A stretch of DNA of 64,000 nucleotides from assembly GCA_963663805.2 (NCBI GenBank), contig CAXXMR010000008.1, forward strand, positions 128,001 through 192,000, read 5' to 3'. The notes beneath the pieces are model-generated. The model did no database searches. It was not told the origin of the DNA and saw only the letters and a list, made by a program, of their open reading frames with translations. How positions within the stretch are numbered: position 1 is the first letter of the stretch; each line of letters begins with the position of its first letter. The position numbers were made by a program, and so were the translations under genes. This stretch comes from Sedimentisphaerales bacterium. GTDB lineage: Bacteria > Planctomycetota > Phycisphaerae > Sedimentisphaerales > SM23-30. This document shows positions 51,593-59,746 of the stretch, piece after piece.

Positions 51593-51992
51593 ATTCAGAT
51601 GTATTTCGTTACGTGATTTTTCCTATAGCTTCTCCTGAAAAAGGAATCTTATATAAACAATGTACAACAATATTATCGGAATGCAAATGGAAATTCCCCT
51701 TATTTTTTTGAAAATAATGTTATTTCGATAAATCTTATTATATCAGAAGGTTAAGCCTTGCATGATGGGTTTTTCCGTTCCAATGGCATCTTTTTTCCCT
51801 TTATAAGTCCTACAGACCTGCCCGAAAGGACAACTGGCCGCGGGACAGTCAACCGGGGACGGCCGGAAGCATTTTGCTTCAAGATGTATTCGTATCTGTA
51901 AAGAAGTAATGTATTTTTCAAAAGGCTACCTCCGCGCAGCGTGCATTGGAGGGCCGCAAGGTTAGTGTTTTTTTATTGGAAAGGATTTAGCA

Positions 51993-52607
51993 ATGGCTAA
52001 TTTTCCTAAGTCTGAGAATGATGTAGTTGGTCTGGCCGAAGCCATGGTTGATGGTTATACCGAATACGGTGAGGATTTCCCCGGTGTAACGGTTCTTACT
52101 CTGGAAACTGCCCTAACGGAGTTCAAGGCTGCCCGTGCTGCCCAGGAAAGCGCCAGGGGACAGGCAAAGATCGCCACGACCGCTAAGAACGATAAGTTCG
52201 CAGCTCTGGTCGATCTCATGAAGAACGACCTGAAGATATCCGAGGTCGATACGGGCGATAACCCGGACAAACTCTCCCTTATCGGCTGGGGCCCCAAGAG
52301 CCCCGGTACCCCGATCGTTCCGCCGACGGCCCCGACCAATCTGCGTAGTAATCAGCAGGGTGCCGGTGAAGTCGTTTTACAGTGGGCCAAGCCCGAAGCG
52401 GGCGGCGCGGTGCGGAATTATATCGTCAAACGCCGCGATTATGACAGCGCTGGTCAGGTCGGCAACTGGCAGATTGTCAATTTCTTCTACGATAATCTCA
52501 TAACGCTCATCAACCAGCCGCGCGGCATCCAGATGGAATACATCGTCAGCGCCAGTAATGCCGGCGGCGAGAGTCCCGCCAGTAATATTCTGCCGGTGAT
52601 TCTCTGA
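51993..52607 (+). CDS. fibronectin type III domain protein with helical N-terminus
   Basis: PTAPTNL..VVLQWAKP..NYIVKR..MEYIVSASNAGGESPASN. Confidence 0.85.
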   Translation: MANFPKSENDVVGLAEAMVDGYTEYGEDFPGVTVLTLETALTEFKAARAAQESARGQAKIATTAKNDKFAALVDLMKNDLKISEVDTGDNPDKLSLIGWGPKSPGTPIVPPTAPTNLRSNQQGAGEVVLQWAKPEAGGAVRNYIVKRRDYDSAGQVGNWQIVNFFYDNLITLINQPRGIQMEYIVSASNAGGESPASNILPVIL

Positions 52608-52704
52608 CAAGAGTTTCCGTTATAGAACCTGCCGGAAGGTTTCTTGGCGATGCTTTTGAATCGCAGCCTGGAAGCCTTATTGGAATACTGTTTGATTCTC
52701 GAAC

Positions 52705-53982
52705 CTAAATCGGGTTGTCAATTCCAATATACTGTCTTTGGGCGATCTGGCGGGCAGTTTTTTTTCTTACCTTCAGCTTCACCAGCGAGGCAATCTTATC
52801 CGGTGATTTAGCCGGCAGTCCGGAAATTATATCGCGGGTCGCAGTAGTTTCGACATGCAGCTTGTCTCCGGTATCGACAAGCTCGGCTGATACAATTTTC
52901 AAATCATGCTGATTTGATATGGCAAAACTCTTACCCGGATAGCGCAAGAGGTGAAGATACATGCTATTACCCTTTTGGGTAGCCTGCCACGGTGTGAGTA
53001 TTCTGGCAAAGGGCATTTCCCATACACCTTCGCAGCCATAAACACCTTCACCATGTTTTTTGAGCCAGGTACCAATTTCCTCCATGGTCTTTTTCTGCCA
53101 TGGTAACAATGAACCATCAGGCTTAGGGCCGATGTTCAGCAGCATATTCCCGCCACGACTCACAGAATAAAGAAGCTGGCCAATCAAAGTTCTCGATGTT
53201 TTACGGTCTAAATCCTTACTGGATGCTCCCCAATAGAAACCTATCGTATCGCACAATTCCCAGGGGCGGGCCTGAGGTCTGATCATTTTTTCCGGAGTGC
53301 CGAAATCTTCTGGCAAAAAAGAACGGTTATTGATTAAAATTCCCGGCTGCAATTTTCGCACCATGGCATTCAGTTTCTCGCTTTGCCAATAATTCGCTAC
53401 TTTCTCATCGGTCAGCTTAATCCCCCAGGCACCGGGATAAGCCTCCCAACCTCCGTCATACCAGAGAATATCAATTTTGCCATAGTTTGACATGATTTCC
53501 CGAACCTGGTTATGTACCAATTTAACTTGTTTTTCCCAGCCTTTGGGGTTCTGTCGCGGTCCTTGCCAATAGCCTTTATATCGCCAGTCACACAGAGAAT
53601 AATAGAGCCCAACTTTCAAGCCGGCTTTACGGGCCGCTTTTACATATTCACCAATAAAATCTCTGCCCGGTATTTGTTTTACCGAAGAAAAGTCCGTAGT
53701 TTCAGTATCCCACAAGCAATATCCCTCATGATGGCGTGTGACCATCACGACATATTTGCAACCTGCGTTTTTCGCCAGTTCGACTATCTCTTCCGCATCA
53801 AAGTTTTCTCCTGTAAATCCAGGTACATACTTGCGCGCATATTCGTCCACGGGAACAGCCATATCAGACATCATCCAGGTGCCCAGATCCCCCGCACTGA
53901 AAAGTCCCCAGTGGACAAACATTCCAAATCTCGCCTGCTGCCAGCTTTTCAGGCTTTCTGCTCTAAGCGATTTGTTATTCAC
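52705..53982 (-). CDS. alpha-L-fucosidase (GH29), no signal peptide
   Basis: RFGMFVHWG, TRHHEGYCLW, GLYYSLCDW, ILWYDG, GNMLLNIGP. Confidence 0.93.
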   Translation of the reverse strand: MNNKSLRAESLKSWQQARFGMFVHWGLFSAGDLGTWMMSDMAVPVDEYARKYVPGFTGENFDAEEIVELAKNAGCKYVVMVTRHHEGYCLWDTETTDFSSVKQIPGRDFIGEYVKAARKAGLKVGLYYSLCDWRYKGYWQGPRQNPKGWEKQVKLVHNQVREIMSNYGKIDILWYDGGWEAYPGAWGIKLTDEKVANYWQSEKLNAMVRKLQPGILINNRSFLPEDFGTPEKMIRPQARPWELCDTIGFYWGASSKDLDRKTSRTLIGQLLYSVSRGGNMLLNIGPKPDGSLLPWQKKTMEEIGTWLKKHGEGVYGCEGVWEMPFARILTPWQATQKGNSMYLHLLRYPGKSFAISNQHDLKIVSAELVDTGDKLHVETTATRDIISGLPAKSPDKIASLVKLKVRKKTARQIAQRQYIGIDNPI

Positions 53983-54084
53983 AATAATACCTTTCTATTT
54001 GGGGTTGTAGAGTTCAGGGTATGGATAAATCATGCCCCACGATAATGATTTTCTGTTAGTAGCTAAACTTTTGCAAAACTCCAG

Positions 54085-55419
54085 TTAGTAGATAAGACGG
54101 CGGAAGTTTTTAATTTTATGAAAAGTGATTATATTGCCGTTATGAGCACTCTCGGCGTCTTTGTTGGCTGAACGTGACAATATCACCAAATCATCCCCGT
54201 CAATATCCATTGAGGCATAATGGCGTGCTTCTTTTTCCGATGGTCCTACAGCCACTAAACCAGCAAAGCACCAATCGAACAGGTTTTTAGAAAAATGCAG
54301 CTGTAATCTATGTCGTTCGTTGTCCGGCCCGCCAAATCTATCTGCCGAAAGATATTGCGGCCTGGTCATACTGTCAGTTGATTGCGTATTCAATAACCAG
54401 TAAAGTCCGCTGGGCTTGTCGTAAAGGATATGGAAGCGCATGTGGCCGCCGGGCATTTGCGTAAATAACAGTTTTTTGCCGGAAGGCGCTTTTTCCAGCT
54501 CTGTCGCCAGAGCACCATCAGATTTGACGACGCATTTGGCAATACAGGCAATATTGGTTAGTCCGGTACTGGCCCGCATGACCAGATGGAAAGTTTTACC
54601 CTCCGGGTCGTGAAAATAATGATGGGGGTCATAAATTTTGACAACATTTGTTTCCAGCCATCCCATGGGACTTGCGTTACGTCTGCCGGCATCTGGATAA
54701 AAATAACGGTCGGGATAAAAAGAGGGATGGAACGGCAGTCCGAAATGTGTTTCCAGTTCACGATCATTGATAACATCCTTGAAAGCGGGCGCCGGCCAAA
54801 TAGTCCAGTTCTCCTTCTTGGTTAAATCGCTTGCGATTTTTCCGCGTAGTAAAATCGGGGCCAGCTCAGCGCCATACCATGCCTTCGTGTCATTGTATAT
54901 GCGATCTTCCAAAGCAATATAAACATATCCATTATCATGCAAAATCCCTGTCGCGGATGCGTGCCACCTCCGCCCTTCAGTCAATTCCGACATTTCAGAC
55001 CAGCTATTGCCCCAATCTTCTGAAACCGTAACTCTCAGGTCGCCCATATGCCCCATTATAACAAGCTTGTCACCGGCAACAAAAGGACGACCATGCATCA
55101 AATCCACATTTCGTTGATACTTCCAGGTTTCGCCATGGTCATCGGAGGTATAGATATAAGTCCTGCCGCCTTTTTTGACTTCCGGTATATTTTCGACTCC
55201 TTTGCCGCTTACCTGCACAGTTGCGACAATTCTGCCGGCAGGACAAACTACGATACCGGGAGTGGCAACAAAAACATTTTCCGGATCAGCGGCAGTGTAC
55301 AACACCTGTTCTGTGGCAATAGGTTGGACACGCCAGTTATCAATATCATCAGCCCCAATACATAAATTGATTAACAGTGTAATAATTAGCGCCAATTTTC
55401 TCATGCGGTAAAACCCCAA
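54085..55419 (-). CDS. BNR/Asp-box (sialidase-fold) secreted protein
   Basis: Asp boxes SDDHGETW and SEDWGNSW; signal peptide. Confidence 0.82.
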   Translation of the reverse strand: MGFYRMRKLALIITLLINLCIGADDIDNWRVQPIATEQVLYTAADPENVFVATPGIVVCPAGRIVATVQVSGKGVENIPEVKKGGRTYIYTSDDHGETWKYQRNVDLMHGRPFVAGDKLVIMGHMGDLRVTVSEDWGNSWSEMSELTEGRRWHASATGILHDNGYVYIALEDRIYNDTKAWYGAELAPILLRGKIASDLTKKENWTIWPAPAFKDVINDRELETHFGLPFHPSFYPDRYFYPDAGRRNASPMGWLETNVVKIYDPHHYFHDPEGKTFHLVMRASTGLTNIACIAKCVVKSDGALATELEKAPSGKKLLFTQMPGGHMRFHILYDKPSGLYWLLNTQSTDSMTRPQYLSADRFGGPDNERHRLQLHFSKNLFDWCFAGLVAVGPSEKEARHYASMDIDGDDLVILSRSANKDAESAHNGNIITFHKIKNFRRLIY

Positions 55420-55487
55420 AAAGGAAAGTTAGAAATGATATTATATTATGACAATACTTCAGGGAATCTCTGTTATGAGATTAGCCT

Positions 55488-56333
55488 TTAATAAACAACA
55501 TCGCCAAGGCGGGAAGGCGCACTCGAACCACCCACTCCGACAGGCTCCTGAGCATTTCTGTCACCGTTTATTGCCAGACCATACATCCCGCAAGTAACAT
55601 CCTGCCACTCCATAAATTCCACATGGCCATCAAGAAAGCCATAGTTCTTGCCGCCTTCTTCAGGCTTTTTGTTTTTATGAGGAAGATGGGTCCAAAGTGT
55701 TCCGTCAAGGCTGGTCATCCAGTTATAGCCCTGGACATCACTTTCGGTCAGTGCCCGCCAGGATTTGCCATTAGCTTCACTTTTTCTGCGAAACCGGGGG
55801 AAAGTTCGTGCCGTAAAAACCGCAGTCTGGAATTCCGTTACCGCAATCAACTGATTAGCTCGCCGAGCATTTCTGCCGCCAAAAGTTGTCAGGACCGCAT
55901 TAGGGATATAACTGAAACCAACCTGGTTATTGGATTCCATGTCCTGCTGATATTGACTACGCAAAGCAGGACAGCATTTTGACTCGGGATTACTATCCCA
56001 TTTGATATAAGGGTCAAGCCTATACGCCCAACTGTAATAAGTTGAATCCGGGTCGGTCAAAGCGTGCCCGACATCGCCTTGGTTAAGCTGGAGGTTTGGA
56101 TTTACATAATTTGTGGGGCGAAAGGCATGTTGTTCAGGAAAAGTATCCTTGTTTTCCGCCAGGTAACCAATACTGGCAGTAACCAGTTGGCGAACAAATG
56201 ACATACAAACCACTTTCTGGGCTACCTGCCGGGCCTGGCCCAGCGCAGGCAGAAGTATTGAAACCAGCAGTGCAATAATTGCCACTACCACAAGTAATTC
56301 AACCAAGGTAAACGCTTTACGGTTTTTCGTCAT
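55488..56333 (-). CDS. prepilin-type N-terminal cleavage / DUF1559-like H-X9-DG protein
   Basis: AFTLVELLVVVAIIALLVSILLPAL; PH...GKNYGFLDGHVE. Confidence 0.9.
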   Translation of the reverse strand: MTKNRKAFTLVELLVVVAIIALLVSILLPALGQARQVAQKVVCMSFVRQLVTASIGYLAENKDTFPEQHAFRPTNYVNPNLQLNQGDVGHALTDPDSTYYSWAYRLDPYIKWDSNPESKCCPALRSQYQQDMESNNQVGFSYIPNAVLTTFGGRNARRANQLIAVTEFQTAVFTARTFPRFRRKSEANGKSWRALTESDVQGYNWMTSLDGTLWTHLPHKNKKPEEGGKNYGFLDGHVEFMEWQDVTCGMYGLAINGDRNAQEPVGVGGSSAPSRLGDVVY

Positions 56334-56728
56334 CTACCTTACCTTCCAGATACTATAAGGTTCGCGAAAACGGTGTAACCACCAATCATTTTTCCATGGT
56401 ATCCCAAGAGTATCTATTACCCACCTCTTTTTGCGAAAAAAAAACCTCATTTTGCAAAAGCTCTCAGCAAAACCGAAAAAAACAGTTGAGTGAGTACTGC
56501 TTATGCCAAAGACAGGGCACCAGTCCCAGGATTGACAGCATATAGTTGCGGTCGTAGGCGGCTTTTGCTCTTTTTTGATCAGCGACAATTATTCTTCTGA
56601 TCCGGTCTTCTGATCTGGGCTGCCATGCAGCAAAGATAATTTACACTTCTCAAAGGGAGAAAACTCTGCTATCATCAAGTGTATTGGAAATCTGCTATAC
56701 TGGTGAAATATAACATAGGAGAATCAGT

Positions 56729-58117
56729 ATGAATCGTCGCGGCTTTCTCAGAACCATCGGCTCGACCGCTCTGGGCAGTATTTTATTGACTAATCCGCTC
56801 GTTCGGGCGTTTAGCATTGCTCCGGGCAAGAAACGTAATATTCTGCTTATTCTCGCTGATGATATGGGGCGTGAGCTTTTTGAATGTTATGGCGGTCAAT
56901 CTTACGATTTGCCGGCTTTTAAGCGTCTGGCCGGCGAAGGTATGCGTTTTGACACCTGTTATTCCACGCCGCTTTGTGTGCCTTCTCGTAACGAAATACT
57001 TACCGGCAAATACAGCTTCAGGAATTACACCAGTTGGGAAAAGTTTGATTACAGCCAGACCACTTTTGCCAATCTTCTCAAGCAGGCGGGTTATAATACG
57101 GCTATTGCAGGCAAATGGCAGCTGCACGGCTGGGAAACCACTCCGCCGGGTATCGAAACCGCCGGCTTCGATGAACATTGCATGTTCGATTACAGCGAAG
57201 GCAACCGTTTCTGGGGCGGCAAACTCCGACTTAACGGCAAACTCGTTGACCGCGACCAGCCCCACCTCTACGGCCCGGAAATCTACAGCGATTTCCTTAT
57301 CGACTTCATGAAACGCAGCAGCCAGCAAAGTAAACCATTCCTGGCTTACTATTGCATGACGTTTATGCATCGTCCCTTCCAGCCTACCCCCGATTGTCCC
57401 GGAGCTCCCGCTCCTGGTCAAAAGCCGCCTGAGCAATGGTGCGAAACAAATGGCAAGGAAGAAAACTTCCTGCCCAGTATAAAATACGCTGATAAAATAA
57501 TCGCCAAAATGCTGAACTCTCTCAAGGAAATGGGCATCGATGACGAAACCATCGTTATATTTACCGCTGATAACGGCACGGATAATGTCTCCGAAGCCAA
57601 AAATATTATGAGCAAATTCCAGGGCGAAATGGTGCACGGCGGCAAATATTTCCCTGTCGAATTAGGCTTGAATGTTCCGCTTTTCGTCCGCTGCCCTGAA
57701 CTGGTAAAACCATCTTCAGTTTGTAGCGATATTGTTGACTTCACTGATATTCTGCCCACCCTCTGCGATATTGCCGGAACCAAACCGCCTCAGAACCTCC
57801 AGCTCGACGGACGCAGCTTCCTGCCTCTGCTCACCGGCCAGGAAGCTGAGCCCAAACCAGCCGTCTTTAGTTGGGGAAATTACGAAAACAGTTCCCGGAA
57901 ATACAAAGCACCTCAGGACAATCCCCAACGATTTGTCTATGCCGTTTCCGATGGCCAATGGAAACTCTACAGCGACGGTAGAATGTTCAATATAGCCGAA
58001 GACCCCCTTGAGAAAAACCTATTCTCCGGCAGGTCTTCGTCCGAGGCCCAAAAGGCCCGCAATCAACTCGAAAAACACCTGCAAAAGCTGCTAACCGCCC
58101 AACCTAGAAAATGGTGA
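56729..58117 (+). CDS. Tat-exported sulfatase
   Basis: MNRRGFL, NILLILADD, CVPSR, AGKWQL, FTADNG. Confidence 0.93.
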   Translation: MNRRGFLRTIGSTALGSILLTNPLVRAFSIAPGKKRNILLILADDMGRELFECYGGQSYDLPAFKRLAGEGMRFDTCYSTPLCVPSRNEILTGKYSFRNYTSWEKFDYSQTTFANLLKQAGYNTAIAGKWQLHGWETTPPGIETAGFDEHCMFDYSEGNRFWGGKLRLNGKLVDRDQPHLYGPEIYSDFLIDFMKRSSQQSKPFLAYYCMTFMHRPFQPTPDCPGAPAPGQKPPEQWCETNGKEENFLPSIKYADKIIAKMLNSLKEMGIDDETIVIFTADNGTDNVSEAKNIMSKFQGEMVHGGKYFPVELGLNVPLFVRCPELVKPSSVCSDIVDFTDILPTLCDIAGTKPPQNLQLDGRSFLPLLTGQEAEPKPAVFSWGNYENSSRKYKAPQDNPQRFVYAVSDGQWKLYSDGRMFNIAEDPLEKNLFSGRSSSEAQKARNQLEKHLQKLLTAQPRKW

Positions 58118-58146
58118 AAAATAAAATAATGAAATACAAGGTAACT

Positions 58147-59472
58147 ATGAAAAATTCAGAATCCATTTTAGCGTTTGTTTCTCTGTTGTTGGTATTCTTG
58201 GCCCCTGGCAAACTTGGGGCGGAAACCCCCGTTGATGCCAGCAGATTTATCGCTGGCGAATCCGTGGTATTCGACGCCACAGACCCTGAAATCAGGGCCG
58301 TTTATGAGCCTTCGATAGTTATTGTTGACAAGAGCAAAAGAATTGTCATCGCGTTCAATGCCTACACTCAGCAACGTCAGGATTCATCCCGTATTTACAC
58401 TTCCGATGACGGCGGTGTCAGCTGGGATTATCGCGACAAACTACCCCTGGGCGGCATGAGACTGCTAAAGGCCGGCACCGATATCTTCGCCATCGGTCAT
58501 ATCGGCAGCAAGGGTGACCTGGGTATTGCCAAGTCTGCCGACGACGGAGCAACCTGGTCCGAATTTAATAAAATTACTCAGAACGAACACTGGCACGTAT
58601 CTTCCACCAATTTTATCGACAAGGAAAAATATGTTTACACGGCCATCGAACGCAACGATGTAAGCAAGGTAAAGGGCTGGGATGTCAGTGAATTCACTCC
58701 CGTTCTGCTCCGGGGTGATAAAACCATCGGGCTGCTCAAACCCGAAGCCTGGACCTACGCATCGAAGTTTCCGTTTTGCGAAGTGGTAGATGACCACGAC
58801 ATAAACTTTTTAGGCATTCCTTTCTATCCCGCCTATTATCCCAATCAGGCGCCGGTGCAGAGAAAGGCCCGGACCTTTAATTTTTCACCTGCTGGCTGGC
58901 TTGAATCTAACATCGTGCAGATAACCGATCCCAAGCATTACTGGTATGATCCCACCGGAAAAACCTTCCATATTTTTTCCCGTGCCAATACGGGCCGAAC
59001 CAACCTTGCCACTGTTATCAAGGCGGTTGAACAACCCGACGGCACCATCAAAACCATGTTTGAGACCGCACCCTCCGGCGAAAAGCTGGTTTACACTCCA
59101 TTCCCCGGCGGGCAAATGAAATTCTTCGTCTTGTATGATGATCTCAGCAAACTATACTGGCTTGTCAGTACCCAATCGGTGGACAGCATGACCAAAGCCG
59201 AGTATTTGTCCGACGAAAGGTTCGGCTGTTCAGACAACGAGAGAAGACGCTTACAACTTTCATTTTCCCGAAACATGATTGACTGGTGCTTCGCGGGGAT
59301 TGTCGCGATAGGCCCTTCCGAAAAACAATCACGCCACTATGCCAGTATGGCTGTTTGCGATGACGACCTGCTTATATTAAGCCGCTCCGGCAGCCAAAAC
59401 GCTCGCTCTGCCCACGACGGAAATATGATAACCTTCCATAAAGTTAAAAACTTTAGGAAGCTGGTGTACTGA
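58147..59472 (+). CDS. BNR/Asp-box (sialidase-fold) secreted protein, paralog of 54085-55419 (start uncertain)
   Basis: SDDGGVSW, SADDGATW; shares TQS-x-DSMT, DNER-x-RLQL, DWCFAG and RHYASM with the paralog. Confidence 0.82.
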   Translation: MKNSESILAFVSLLLVFLAPGKLGAETPVDASRFIAGESVVFDATDPEIRAVYEPSIVIVDKSKRIVIAFNAYTQQRQDSSRIYTSDDGGVSWDYRDKLPLGGMRLLKAGTDIFAIGHIGSKGDLGIAKSADDGATWSEFNKITQNEHWHVSSTNFIDKEKYVYTAIERNDVSKVKGWDVSEFTPVLLRGDKTIGLLKPEAWTYASKFPFCEVVDDHDINFLGIPFYPAYYPNQAPVQRKARTFNFSPAGWLESNIVQITDPKHYWYDPTGKTFHIFSRANTGRTNLATVIKAVEQPDGTIKTMFETAPSGEKLVYTPFPGGQMKFFVLYDDLSKLYWLVSTQSVDSMTKAEYLSDERFGCSDNERRRLQLSFSRNMIDWCFAGIVAIGPSEKQSRHYASMAVCDDDLLILSRSGSQNARSAHDGNMITFHKVKNFRKLVY

Positions 59473-59578
59473 TAACGCAATTCCTGTTTTCCTAGAGGTC
59501 ATCTTATAAACAATTTGCGAAACACACCGCCAGGGTTTTACGGAGGTATTCTGTAACCCTATTATTGAGTGAGAAATC

Positions 59579-59705
59579 TTGACTTTCCCACCTTTTTCGC
59601 TTAAAATACCGCTGGTTTAGATGTTAAGAACCGTAGTTTTTTTGAGGAAAATGTAAACCCGCTATGACCCGGCATTTACCGCCCGCGAACACGGGCGGTT
59701 TTTTC
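59579..59705 (+). promoter_or_regulatory. promoter plus leader containing an intrinsic terminator, upstream of GH9
   Basis: TTGACT-N17-TAAAAT (59579-59607); accgcccg-cgaaca-cgggcggt-TTTTT (59678-59704). Confidence 0.65.
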
Positions 59706-59746
59706 TTGGGCCCGGTCTGTAGCTTTATCTCTGGCGGAATCAGGTT

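Noticed and set aside
56334..56588. 84-aa ORF upstream of the prepilin gene
   Set aside because: No motifs; it lies in a divergent intergenic region and cannot be supported.
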